DNA of 64,000 nucleotides from Gammaproteobacteria bacterium (GTDB lineage: Bacteria; Pseudomonadota; Gammaproteobacteria; Eutrophobiales; Eutrophobiaceae), in NCBI GenBank assembly GCA_963422205.2, contig CAXMWX010000009.1:1-64000 (forward strand), read 5' to 3'. The notes beneath the pieces were generated by a model, which searched no databases, was not told the DNA's origin, and saw only the letters and a list, made by a program, of their open reading frames with translations. Both the position numbers and the translations under genes were made by a program. Position 1 is the stretch's first letter; every line of letters begins with the position of its first letter. Shown here one piece after another: positions 20,460-30,719 of the stretch.

Positions 20460-20908
20460 ATGGAAATCGTGATTTATGTTGTCGTGAATGGATCGGTCAG
20501 GCGGTATCTGAGTATACAGAGCGGCTTACTGGGGAATGACATTTACGCCTGGTTGAAATTCCGGCGGCAAAACGCAACCACGCAAGTAACCATGATGACC
20601 TGTTGCTGGCCGAGGAGAGAAAATCAATAAGCAAATGGATCCGGGCCACAGCACTATCGTACTTGATGAAGAAGGCAAACAGCCAGACTTTACCAAAAAC
20701 ACTTGCTAACTGGATGATCAACAATAACAGTATAAATTTTATAATTGGCGGTGCGGACGGCTTACACAAACAGATCATCGAGGAGGCAGATCAAGTATGG
20801 TCATTATCAAATTACACTCTACCCCATGGTCTTGTGCGTGTTCTCCTAGTCGAACAATTATATCGCGCAACGAGTATTCTGAGGAACCACCCCTATCACA
20901 GGAAATAA
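20460..20908 (+). pseudogene. rlmH: 23S rRNA methyltransferase RlmH, pseudogene
   Basis: Intact C-terminus (FIIGGADGL…SLSNYTLPHGLVRVLLVEQLYRA…HPYHRK). The N-terminal motifs (EWI..AVSEY, LVEIPAAKR, IVLDEEGK) are spread across frames, with a TGA at ~20538. Confidence 0.85.
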
Positions 20909-20921
20909 CACAGACAGTAAC

Positions 20922-20984
20922 ATGACCCGGGTCTATCTTGCTTCCAAATCTCCACGCCGCAGAGAGTTGCTTGAACAAATTTAA
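20922..20984 (+). pseudogene. maf: Maf/YhdE N-terminal stub
   Basis: MTRVYLASKSPRRRELLEQI* directly after rlmH, ending at the IS5 remnant boundary. Confidence 0.85.
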
Positions 20985-21406
20985 GGAAACGCTGACTTAA
21001 TCAACGCTCCCTATGACCAAGAAGCGCTGCGAAATTCAATGACGACGAGCCATTGAATTTGTAAGCAAACTAAAAAACACATTTTTAGTTTGCTTACCTT
21101 AAGCCAAGTCTAAAATGGACTTGTTAGCGGTTTATTAACACAAGGGACTACCGGGCACCTACCCGAGCGGAACAGGTCTTTGGATATCATAAAGCCCGTT
21201 ACCGGGGATTGGAAAAAAATGCCGCGCAGGTGTTTACCTGTATGCTTTAGTCAATCTTTAGATGAGCAAGCGAGAGTGGATCACTAGTATAGAACAAATC
21301 GATCTATTGTGGTTGCTAAGAAAATCAGGCTGCCCAAGATGGGTCATCCGTGCAAATATCGTGAATAAAACTCAAATTTTTTAAACCGGGGCTTGTTCGG
21401 AACCCC
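20985..21406 (+). mobile_element. Internally deleted IS5-family element
   Basis: Left end GGAAACGCTGACTTAA follows TTAA; right end CTTGTTCGGAACCCC precedes CTAA (YTAR target). Remnant reading FGYHKARYRGLEKNAAQVF at ~21179-21236 matches the IS5 transposase C-terminus. Confidence 0.75.
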
Positions 21407-21453
21407 CTAAATCTTATGAGGCAGTAATGAGTTAGTGATATGAGAAATGTTTT

Positions 21454-22230
21454 TTATCTGAACCTTGTAAAATAATCATCAATTTCCTCCCTCATTTCAA
21501 TGCCTACTCGCTCAAAGCACCTGAGCAAACTATCATATGCTCCTTCCCCTCCAAGAAAATTCCAGAACTCTTCCGCAACTTTCAGTTCTTTTTCCAGATC
21601 AAGCATACCGGCAATTGTCTATCTGCTATAAGGTTTGGGTTCGTATGGGTTATACGGAATTGCAATAAGCGTATTAATATTTGTGTCTGGATTTTCTAAC
21701 AGCGCTGTTGCTGTCCACTCTAAAAGGGTTCGTTTAAACTCTTTAAACCCACCTTTATTCGGTTTTGCAGTTTTTATATCAATCAAGTAAATCTCTCCTT
21801 TGTCATCTTCAAGGTAAACATCTACTCTTGTTGGTTTAACTGTGCGAATTTCACCTTCCTGGCAAACTTCACGAATTATTTCTATCTCCTCTTGCTTGTC
21901 CGGCCTTCGATCAGCAGAGGTCAGACCATCCATAATTTTCTGAATTTCATATTGTGCCTGTGTGCTAATCTGGGAGCCTGACCTGGTCTGGAGTTTTGCG
22001 GATTTAAACCGAGTTAATGCCAGTGAAACCGCAACCGGTTCAAAGATACTTGTTCCAAAACTGGTATTTAATGAATGGATAAATGCATAAAGTGCAAGCC
22101 TGTCTTTGCCAAGCAGCCTGGTATGGAAAGGCATTACTGCCGGTTCCGGATTATAGGTTTTAAATCTATTTAGCAGGCTTTGTTTGATCGTTTCCTCAAC
22201 TGACTTTATCTGCTCTTTAGTCAGGGCCAT
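21454..22230 (-). pseudogene. TdeIII/MjaII-family type II restriction endonuclease with an internal nonsense codon
   Basis: MPFHTRLLGKDRLALYAFIHSLNTSFG, DIKTAKPN, AIPYNPYEP. TAG at 21619-21621, after which the frame continues (TIAGMLDLEKELKVAEEFWNFLGGEG…) to TAA at 21454. Confidence 0.88.
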
Positions 22231-23840
22231 TATTTTTCTTTTAAATGAAATATGATTTCCGCATAAGCCGATTTGTTTTTTTCCGTCCTGTTTAAAACCG
22301 GTCTTTTGTACTGATTTACGATCTGCATTTCCGACTTTTCTGCAATGATCGGATATAAACTGTATTTATCGTTTGCCACAAGGAAAATATCATAATCCTC
22401 CTGCAAGTATTGTTTAACGTTATTGAGCACATCGGTAATGCCCTGGGTATAGTCGCTCCTTGCTTTTTTACTCTGCCCCTTGAAAAGAGGGCCTATTTCC
22501 AATTTATCATTACGCTTAAAACCGAATAAATCATAAGCATAGGCGTGCTGTTCGTGGTAATCAATCAGTCCGACATAGGGGGGACTGGAAAATATACCTT
22601 TTATTTTTTGCTTTTTTACCAACTTCCCAAATGCAGGGTTCTTTAGGGACAGAGCGTCAAAAATATTAATATTTCGAGCATCTCCCTGTAGGCATTTTTG
22701 ATAGGTTTCTGTTCTTAATAGATTAAATTCCGAAAAACGTTTTATCATATCTTTAGTGTAACGTTCCCACCAGGACAGTATAGAAAAAAGAGGCTTACAA
22801 ATTTTACCGTGTTTACTGCAGTAATAAGTCTTGGTGATCGGCTCTTTCAGTGTGGCCAGGTCGGCATGTGTTGTTGCTTTACATGAGCGAATTGTTCTAC
22901 TTAAAATGATGGCAATAGCTTTTTTTGTAGTTGGGTTTTTAACGGTTTTTAATTGCTCAAAAGCAAAATCAAGTTCCTTTTTTACCGGCTCAAGGTACCA
23001 TTTTTCAAGAAAAGTGACTGCATTGTCTTGTTTGATTTTCAATTGATATTTTTTTTGCAAACTATCGAAGATGGCACCGAATTCTTTTTCTTTTGTCGGT
23101 GTATATTTCCGTTCAATAATCTCTCTTTGCCGAATCTTTATTTTGTATTCGGGTGACGGGAAGTATTCTTTGTTAAAAATATTCAGTTCCTCAAGCAATT
23201 CATTTTCAAATTTGGCATTGGCGTTATGTGCAATAAAGTCCTTTAAAGCGGATGTAATTCTTTGCGTTTCATCGTATAAGTTCTGAAAATCAACCTTGCC
23301 AATTTTTACATTGGCAATCAACGTATTGAATGCCGAGATATCTATTCCAACGGCGTGTATTCCAAGTTCATTTGCTTGCACCATCGTTGTGCCGCTGCCT
23401 GAAAACGGGTCTAGTATAATATCTCCTTTTTTAAAATAGGTTTGGGTTTTGAAATTGTCCGTGTGGTCGTCAATAAAATACTCGACAAGCTGCGGAATAA
23501 ACTTTCCCTTATACAGGTGGAGTCTATGGATGTGTTTTGTAGTATCTTTTTCTTTTAAGTTATCAAATGACAGTGCCCAGTTGAGGTCTTCTCCAAGTTT
23601 TTCTCGCCAGTTGACTTCTCTTTGGCCGGTAAAACTTTCATAGTAGTTAATCAAATCAGCCTTGCTGATGACGGTGGTTCCGTTTTTGCCATATTTCGGA
23701 ATTTTACCGTACTGTATTAAATACGATATGTTTGAAGTGGTTACATTTCTTCTCAGATGACTACTCGCCCATAGGCTGGCTTCTTTGGTCGTTAGTAATT
23801 CCATGTCTTCAGTTGTCATAAAAAAGTTATTCGGTGTCAT
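22230..23840 (-). CDS. N4-cytosine DNA methyltransferase (M.MjaII-like) with N-terminal HTH-like region
   Basis: DPFSGSGTT motif I precedes SSPPY motif IV; coupled to the TdeIII-family gene; low GC. Confidence 0.88.
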   Translation of the reverse strand: MTPNNFFMTTEDMELLTTKEASLWASSHLRRNVTTSNISYLIQYGKIPKYGKNGTTVISKADLINYYESFTGQREVNWREKLGEDLNWALSFDNLKEKDTTKHIHRLHLYKGKFIPQLVEYFIDDHTDNFKTQTYFKKGDIILDPFSGSGTTMVQANELGIHAVGIDISAFNTLIANVKIGKVDFQNLYDETQRITSALKDFIAHNANAKFENELLEELNIFNKEYFPSPEYKIKIRQREIIERKYTPTKEKEFGAIFDSLQKKYQLKIKQDNAVTFLEKWYLEPVKKELDFAFEQLKTVKNPTTKKAIAIILSRTIRSCKATTHADLATLKEPITKTYYCSKHGKICKPLFSILSWWERYTKDMIKRFSEFNLLRTETYQKCLQGDARNINIFDALSLKNPAFGKLVKKQKIKGIFSSPPYVGLIDYHEQHAYAYDLFGFKRNDKLEIGPLFKGQSKKARSDYTQGITDVLNNVKQYLQEDYDIFLVANDKYSLYPIIAEKSEMQIVNQYKRPVLNRTEKNKSAYAEIIFHLKEK

Positions 23841-23931
23841 TTTTGCACAGTGGCGATTAGTCTTTGATCAAACATCATTTTCTGTCTTCAAAGTCACCCC
23901 AATCAATACAGTCACTATATGGTTATTTTAA

Positions 23932-24099
23932 TGGCCCTCTGATTAAGAGTCCATACTATGTATAGGTTTGCCACATATTGCACTTTTTGTTGTGGTTGAT
24001 AAAAAATCTGGCTGAAAAAGATGAATCATTGTTCAGATATCGTGAGCAAAACTGAAATACCAAACCACTTTTTAAAAACGAGACTTATTCAGAGCCCCC
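23932..24099 (+). mobile_element. IS5-derived MITE-like remnant
   Basis: Imperfect inverted ends GGCCCTCTGATTAA / TTATTCAGAGCCCC. The 24000-24099 segment resembles 21318-21406. Confidence 0.6.
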
Positions 24100-24208
24100 A
24101 TAGACAAAGCAGGAGAATTTATTTCAAAAATCAAAGAAAGCTATTCAGGGATCATGGGGCTGCCTCTATATGAGACAGCAATACTTTTGTGTAAATGCAA
24201 TATTAACG

Positions 24209-24739
24209 TTAATTAAAATAACGCCGAAGGCAAACCCCGTAATAATGATCGATGACATAAAAATAGATCCCTATCCAGTCGGGCTTGCCGTTCTCATCTG
24301 TCGGCCACCAGAGCTTTTGATTCGTCCAGTAGTGGTGATAATGATCAGCGCAGTAGGCGACCGTCATCTCATCATAAGATAACTCATCGTTGCCCAGCGC
24401 ATGCTCGGCGACAATAAATTCCCGTATCACCTGCCGATAGGCAGCAGCTAACTTCGGCTTGCCATCCGATCCCAGCATGGCGTCTTGATCAATGCGCCTG
24501 CCGTACTCCTCGGCCCGTTGATCCAGCCTTGCCAGCTTGTCAACATCTGCCCGGGAACCCTGCAAGCGCACACAGGCACGGGTATCACCCGCATCGCATT
24601 TTTGCTGCCAGAAATCCAGCATGGAGAAATGACGCGGCTCAGCCAGGACAGCAGGCAAAAGCCCTGTCAGGATCGGCCCCAGGATAGGCCCGATCAAGAA
24701 CAACACCGGCTTAACACAAAAACGCCAGGCTGACTGCAT
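24209..24739 (-). CDS. Hypothetical exported protein
   Basis: Hydrophobic N-terminus, paired Cys, aromatic-rich C-terminus; co-oriented downstream of hppA. Confidence 0.7.
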   Translation of the reverse strand: MQSAWRFCVKPVLFLIGPILGPILTGLLPAVLAEPRHFSMLDFWQQKCDAGDTRACVRLQGSRADVDKLARLDQRAEEYGRRIDQDAMLGSDGKPKLAAAYRQVIREFIVAEHALGNDELSYDEMTVAYCADHYHHYWTNQKLWWPTDENGKPDWIGIYFYVIDHYYGVCLRRYFN

Positions 24740-24769
24740 GGCATTGCCGGTTACTCATCGTGCTTGCAC

Positions 24770-26803
24770 CTAAATCAACGGCACGATCAACAGGGCGACA
24801 ATGTTGATGATCTTGATCAGCGGGTTGACCGCCGGGCCGGCGGTATCTTTATATGGATCGCCCACGGTATCCCCGGTCACCGCCGCCTTGTGGGCCTCAC
24901 TGCCCTTGCCGCCACAGTGGCCATCTTCGATGTACTTCTTGGCATTATCCCAGGCCCCGCCGCCGGTGGTCATGGAAATCGCCACAAACAGGCCGGTGAT
25001 AATCGTCCCCAGCAACAACCCGCCCAGCGCCACCGGCCCCAGTATCACCCCAACCAGCACCGGCACCAGCACCGGCAACATGGACGGCAGGATCATCTCC
25101 TTGATGGCCGCCCTGGTCAGCAGATCAACAGCACGGGAATAATCCGGCTTGCCGCTGCCATCCATAATGCCGGGGATCTCTTTGAACTGGCGACGGACCT
25201 CCAGCACCACCGCCCCCGCCGCCCGGCCCACCGCCTCCATGCCCATGGCGGCAAACAGATACGGCACCAGCCCGCCGATAAACAGGCCGATGATCACCAT
25301 GGGATCAGACAACAGAAAATCAACGCTATAACCCAGCTCCTTCTCCAGGGCATTGGTGTAATCAGCAAACAACACCAATGCGGCCAGCCCGGCCGAGCCG
25401 ATGGCATAACCCTTGGTCACCGCCTTGGTGGTGTTACCCACGGCATCCAGCGGGTCGGTGATGTTGCGAACCTTCTCATCCAGCTCCGCCATTTCCGCAA
25501 TGCCGCCGGCATTGTCCGTGATCGGCCCAAAGGCATCCAGCGCCACGATGATCCCGGTCATGGATAACATGGACGTGGCCGCAATGGCAATGCCATACAG
25601 GCCAGCCAGTTCATAGGCGCCCCAGATACTGGCGCACACGGCGATCACTGGCAGGGTGGTCGCCTTCATGGACACGCCGATACCGGCGATGATGTTGGTC
25701 GCATGACCGGTCTCAGAGGCCGCCGCCACGTGTTGCACCGGCTTGTACTCAGTGCCGGTATAGTATTCGGTGATCCACACCAATGCTGCCGTCAGCAGCA
25801 AGCCGATCAAGGCCGTGTAGAACACATTGACAGCCGCCACCTCACTGCCACTCAGGATCACCGTATCGCCCAGTATCCAGCCGGTGACAAAATAAAAGGC
25901 GACCAAGGCTAACACGCCGGCCACGATCAGCCCCTTGTACAAGGCGCCCATGATGCTGCCGCCAGCACCGGATTTAACAAAAAACGTACCGATCACCGAG
26001 GCCACGATAGACACAGCCCCCAGCACCAGCGGATATAACACGCCGCCTGCATCGCCTTGCGGGAATAAGAGACTGCCCAGCAGCATGGTGGCGATCACGG
26101 TCACGGCATAGGTCTCGAACAGATCGGCAGCCATGCCAGCACAATCGCCCACGTTATCGCCCACATTATCGGCAATCACCGCCGGGTTACGTGGATCATC
26201 TTCCGGGATCCCGGCCTCCACCTTGCCCACCAGATCAGCACCGACATCCGCCCCCTTGGTGAAGATGCCGCCGCCCAGACGGGCGAAGATGGAGATCAGC
26301 GACCCGCCAAAGCCCAGCCCAATCAGGGCATGCAGGATGGCATCCAGTTCAAAACCCAGCAGCACCAGCAGCGCATAATAGCCAGCCACCCCCAACAGCC
26401 CCAGCCCGACGACGAGAAGACCCGTGATAGCACCGCCACGAAAGGCCACCTGTAGTGCCGGATTGATGCCCTTGCTCGCTGCCTCGGCAGTACGCAGGTT
26501 GGCACGCACGGAGATATTCATGCCGATGTAGCCCGCCGCCCCGGAGAACAGCGCACCGATCAGAAAACCCACCGCTGTCGCCCAGTCCAGCAGCACGCCC
26601 AGGGCAATAAACAAGACGGCACCGACATAGGAGATGGTGGTGTACTGCCGGTTCAGATAGGCCGAAGCGCCCTGCTGCACCGCTGCGGCAATTTCACGCA
26701 TACGCTCATTGCCTTGTGGCTGGGCCAGGATCCAGCGCACTGACCAGATACCATAGACGATGGCAAGCGCCCCGCACAGCAGGGTAAATAATAATGGTGA
26801 CAT
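24770..26803 (-). CDS. hppA: Membrane H+-translocating pyrophosphatase, K+-independent type
   Basis: [11 protein letters not shown] and DNVGDNVGD motifs; GNTTKA has the Lys diagnostic of the K+-independent type. Confidence 0.97.
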   Translation of the reverse strand: MSPLLFTLLCGALAIVYGIWSVRWILAQPQGNERMREIAAAVQQGASAYLNRQYTTISYVGAVLFIALGVLLDWATAVGFLIGALFSGAAGYIGMNISVRANLRTAEAASKGINPALQVAFRGGAITGLLVVGLGLLGVAGYYALLVLLGFELDAILHALIGLGFGGSLISIFARLGGGIFTKGADVGADLVGKVEAGIPEDDPRNPAVIADNVGDNVGDCAGMAADLFETYAVTVIATMLLGSLLFPQGDAGGVLYPLVLGAVSIVASVIGTFFVKSGAGGSIMGALYKGLIVAGVLALVAFYFVTGWILGDTVILSGSEVAAVNVFYTALIGLLLTAALVWITEYYTGTEYKPVQHVAAASETGHATNIIAGIGVSMKATTLPVIAVCASIWGAYELAGLYGIAIAATSMLSMTGIIVALDAFGPITDNAGGIAEMAELDEKVRNITDPLDAVGNTTKAVTKGYAIGSAGLAALVLFADYTNALEKELGYSVDFLLSDPMVIIGLFIGGLVPYLFAAMGMEAVGRAAGAVVLEVRRQFKEIPGIMDGSGKPDYSRAVDLLTRAAIKEMILPSMLPVLVPVLVGVILGPVALGGLLLGTIITGLFVAISMTTGGGAWDNAKKYIEDGHCGGKGSEAHKAAVTGDTVGDPYKDTAGPAVNPLIKIINIVALLIVPLI

Positions 26804-26891
26804 GTGATCCCCTTAAAAATCGTTAGCTGATTAACAGAAAGGGGCAAGGCCCCGAATATGAAAGAAAAGCGCCACGAATTTTACTCAGTTA

Positions 26892-28160
26892 TCAACAAAG
26901 TTCAAAGTCTGTATTCAGTTTTTTCTTAACCGGCGCATTTCTCAACACGACATAATCCGGCAGGCCGTTTTTGTAAGGCGGATAATCCTCGCCCTGGATC
27001 AGGGGATAGAGATAGCGGCGACAACTATCGCTGATACCAAACCCGTCCTCGCTGATAAACGCCTGCGGCACGCATTTCTCCACATTCGCCACCGCCGTCA
27101 ATGGCGCCTGCCCGATCTGCCATTGATACGGGCTGTCACTCAGGCGCTCAATGATCGGCATCACGGCATTCTCGCCCGCCAGTGCTAACTCCACCGCCGC
27201 CCGGCCTACCGCATAGGCCTGTTCTACGTCTGTCCTGGAGGCGATATGTCTTGCTGAACGTTGCAGATAATCCGCTACGGCCCAGTGAAATTTGTAACCC
27301 AGTTCTTGTTTCACCATATTAGCGACCACCGGCGCCGCCCCGCCCAACTGGGCATGACCGAAGGCATCTCGGGTACCCTGTTCGGCCAGAAATCGCCCGT
27401 CCGGCCAGCGCGCCCCCTCTGAAACCACCACGGTGCAATAGCCATAACGGGCGACTTTATCGCGCATGGCGGCGATAAACCTGCCCTCATCAAAGGCCAC
27501 CTCCGGAAACAGGATGAGCACGGGAATGTCGTTATCGGCATCGGCAGCCAGCCCGCCGGCCGCTGCGATCCAGCCGGCATGTCGGCCCATGACCTCCAGC
27601 ACAAACAGCCGGGTGGATGTTCTGGCCATAGAGCGGACATCATAAGCCGCCTCACGGGTGGCGATGGCGATATACTTGGCGACCGAGCCAAATCCCGGGC
27701 AGGTATCGGTGATGGGCAAGTCATTATCCACCGTCTTCGGCACATGGATCGCCTGTATGGGAAAGCCTAGTTTTTCTGACAGTTGTGAGATCTTGTGGCA
27801 GGTATCGGCGGAGTCGCCACCGCCATTGTAAAAAAAATAGCCGATATCATGCGCCCTGAATACCGCCAGCAGGCGCTCATATTCCGCCCGGCCCTCCTCC
27901 AGCCCTTTGAGTTTATAACGACAGGAGCCGAAGGCGCCGGCGGGCGTATGGCGAAGGGCGGCGATCGACTTAGCCGACTCAGCGCTGGTGTCAATCAGAT
28001 CTTCGGTCAATGCACCCAGTATCCCGTTACGTCCGGCATAGAGGCGGGCGATCCGGTCTTGATGTTGCCGGGCGGTCTCAATCACACCACAGGCTGAGGC
28101 ATTGATGACCGCAGTGACCCCACCGGACTGGGCATAAAAAGCATTTCTAGTGGCGCACAT
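26892..28160 (-). CDS. pfp: Pyrophosphate-dependent 6-phosphofructokinase
   Basis: QSGGVTAVIN; GGGDS (Asp) and PKTVDND (Lys) PPi-specificity residues; EVMGRHAGW. Confidence 0.92.
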   Translation of the reverse strand: MCATRNAFYAQSGGVTAVINASACGVIETARQHQDRIARLYAGRNGILGALTEDLIDTSAESAKSIAALRHTPAGAFGSCRYKLKGLEEGRAEYERLLAVFRAHDIGYFFYNGGGDSADTCHKISQLSEKLGFPIQAIHVPKTVDNDLPITDTCPGFGSVAKYIAIATREAAYDVRSMARTSTRLFVLEVMGRHAGWIAAAGGLAADADNDIPVLILFPEVAFDEGRFIAAMRDKVARYGYCTVVVSEGARWPDGRFLAEQGTRDAFGHAQLGGAAPVVANMVKQELGYKFHWAVADYLQRSARHIASRTDVEQAYAVGRAAVELALAGENAVMPIIERLSDSPYQWQIGQAPLTAVANVEKCVPQAFISEDGFGISDSCRRYLYPLIQGEDYPPYKNGLPDYVVLRNAPVKKKLNTDFELC

Positions 28161-28309
28161 TTTCTTGCGGCTTGCCTCGTTGCATTTTCACACTGATTAA
28201 GTGGCTGGCACATGGTAGACTGCCGTTGTAACTGGCACGGCAGACGGCGGGCCGGCGCCATTGTAAGCCAGTCCGAACTCTGCCCACAAACCAAACTCTA
28301 TGATATGCA

Positions 28310-29797
28310 GTGATGTATACATACGCAAACAGACCAACCGCTGCCCGCATCAGAAAACTTGGCTGGTGTTTGTTATTTTTCAGCCTCAGCGTACACAGCA
28401 CCACCACGCTGAACCTGCCCGATATTGGCGATTCCACCGGCGGCATCATCGGCCCGGAGTTTGAACGCCGCCTGGGGCAGGCATTTTTAAGCCAGATCCG
28501 CAAGCAAACCGACATCATCACCGACCCGGAAGTGGAAACCTATATCCAGTCGATTGGCTACCGGCTGGTTGCCCAAAGCGATAACAACACGCAGCAATTC
28601 ACCTTTTTCGTGATCAGCGATGTGCTGATCAATGCCTTCGCCGCCCCGGGCGGCATTGTGGGCATCAACAGCGGGGTGATCATCAATTCAGGATCAGAGA
28701 GCGAACTGGCCGGCGTGATGGCACATGAGATCGCGCATGTCTCCCAAAAACACATGGCACGTTCGATTGAGATGCAACAACGACTCAGCATCCCGACCCT
28801 GGCGGCGACCCTGGGGGCGATATTGGTGGCGGCGATGGATCCCTCGGCGGGTCAGGCGGCGATAGCGGCCGTGCAGGGCGGGGCGGCCCAGGCGCGCATC
28901 AATTTTACCCGTGCAAATGAGCAGGAAGCCGACCGGGTGGGGATGCAGTTACTGGCCCGGGCGAAATTTAATCCCCATGGTATGCTGGGGTTTTTTGAGA
29001 AGCTGCAAAAAAATGCCCGTTACTCAGCCCAGGCGCCGGAGTTTCTGCGTACTCACCCGCTGACCAATAGCCGCATCGCCGATGCCCAGGCACGGGCGGC
29101 CAGCTACCCGCCGGATTTCGCCTATCGAGAAAGCCAGACCTATCACTACATCAAGGCCCGGCTGATCGTCAAGGCACACAAAAACCCCGACGATGCGGTC
29201 ACGTTTTATCGCCAGCAGTTGCAAAACAATGATCAGAAACACCTGATGATCGCACGTTACGGGTATGCTATCGCACTCACCGCCGCCGGCGACTACCCGG
29301 CAGCAAGAGAGCAGCTGCGCCGGCTGCTGGCAGAGAGCCCGGAGAACAGTGCGTTTTTGCTCGCCGCCGCCCAGGTTGAAGCCGCCGCCGGTGCTTACGA
29401 TGATGCCATCAGGATCTACCAGCAGGCAGAGGAGATTTACCCTGACTACCGCCCGCTGATCATCAATTACGCCACCTTGTTATTGCAGGCCGACCGGCCA
29501 CATAGTGCCAAGGCGTTGTTGATCAATTCTGGCAAATACAGCACGCCCGACATCACCTACTACAACCTGCTGATGCGGGCGGAAGCGGAATCTGGCAACC
29601 TGATCGAATCCCATATTGCCAGTGCGGAATATTATTTCTTGACCGGCGAGACACGTGTTGCCATCCAGCAATTAAGATATACGCTGGCACAGAAAAATCC
29701 CCGGCCTGATTACTACCAGCAGGAGCGCATACAGGCACGGCTGGTGCACCTGGAAAGAGAGCTGGAAATCGAGCGGGACTTAAAGCTGATACGTTAA
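28310..29797 (+). CDS. bepA: Periplasmic M48 metalloprotease/chaperone BepA with TPRs
   Basis: INAFAAPGG, HEIAH, FTRANEQEADR, LRTHP. Confidence 0.92.
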   Translation: MMYTYANRPTAARIRKLGWCLLFFSLSVHSTTTLNLPDIGDSTGGIIGPEFERRLGQAFLSQIRKQTDIITDPEVETYIQSIGYRLVAQSDNNTQQFTFFVISDVLINAFAAPGGIVGINSGVIINSGSESELAGVMAHEIAHVSQKHMARSIEMQQRLSIPTLAATLGAILVAAMDPSAGQAAIAAVQGGAAQARINFTRANEQEADRVGMQLLARAKFNPHGMLGFFEKLQKNARYSAQAPEFLRTHPLTNSRIADAQARAASYPPDFAYRESQTYHYIKARLIVKAHKNPDDAVTFYRQQLQNNDQKHLMIARYGYAIALTAAGDYPAAREQLRRLLAESPENSAFLLAAAQVEAAAGAYDDAIRIYQQAEEIYPDYRPLIINYATLLLQADRPHSAKALLINSGKYSTPDITYYNLLMRAEAESGNLIESHIASAEYYFLTGETRVAIQQLRYTLAQKNPRPDYYQQERIQARLVHLERELEIERDLKLIR

Positions 29798-29843
29798 ACT
29801 CAAGCACCATCGCTGCATCAACGTAATCTGCCAGAGAGTATCT

Positions 29844-30719
29844 TTGCGCCCCATCCTTACCTTCATCCTGGTTTTTTTAGCCGCCATCGTGCTGGCCGCC
29901 GTGCTGGCCTGGCCGGTTTATGAATTGACCACGACCATCACGGAGGCGAGTTTTCGGCGAGTGATCTCGCACACCACATTATTATGCGGCCTGCTCATCA
30001 GCCTGCTGTATGTCACACGTTATGCGGGGATCTCCCCTGCCATCCTCGGCTACAGCCCGCCGCACAAAGGCCGGCAGTTTCTGCACGGCTTCATCATCGG
30101 CCTGGGGCTGATGGCCGTCATCGAAATCACCTTGCTGGGGTTTGGCGCCCACCGGCTGGACAGCGGTTTTGCGATGCGCTTCAGCCGCCTGGCGATGCTG
30201 CTGCTATCGGGTCTTGCGACCGGCATGGTCGTTGCGCTGATTGAAGAGACGATTTTTCGCGGTGCCATGTACGCTGGCCTTCGCCAGCAAAGCCCACTGG
30301 TCTTAACCATCATAATGACCAGCCTGACCTATGCGGCGGTGCATTACCTGAAATACCCAGATCCCGGCCCGGACACGGCTGTCACCTGGTCAACCGGTCT
30401 TAACGCCCTGCCACAGGCGGTGATTCGCTTCTCCCAGCCTGTGTATTATGATGCCATGCTCACCCTGTTCATGTTAGGTGTGCTGCTGGCGATGATGCGA
30501 CACTTCTCCGGCAACCTCCTCTGCTGTATCGGCCTGCATACGGCGGTTGTCATGGGTGATAAGACGATCACCAAACTCACCAATTACGCACCTGATGCCG
30601 GTTTTTTCTGGCTGACAAACACATATGACACGCCCCTGGGTTATGCCAGCACCGGCTGGCTAATCGTTTTTTGTCTCGCTTATTATGTTTACATGAAAAG
30701 AAAGCGACACAATGCCTAG
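29844..30719 (+). CDS. CPBP (CAAX/Abi) family intramembrane protease
   Basis: EETIFRG, YAAVH and CIGLH motifs; multiple TM helices. Confidence 0.88.
   Translation: MRPILTFILVFLAAIVLAAVLAWPVYELTTTITEASFRRVISHTTLLCGLLISLLYVTRYAGISPAILGYSPPHKGRQFLHGFIIGLGLMAVIEITLLGFGAHRLDSGFAMRFSRLAMLLLSGLATGMVVALIEETIFRGAMYAGLRQQSPLVLTIIMTSLTYAAVHYLKYPDPGPDTAVTWSTGLNALPQAVIRFSQPVYYDAMLTLFMLGVLLAMMRHFSGNLLCCIGLHTAVVMGDKTITKLTNYAPDAGFFWLTNTYDTPLGYASTGWLIVFCLAYYVYMKRKRHNA

Noticed and set aside
21619-21621. Programmed amber read-through or alternative genetic code
   Set aside because: Other genes in the window end normally in TAG and no pyrrolysine machinery is visible; a TGG>TAG mutation is simpler.
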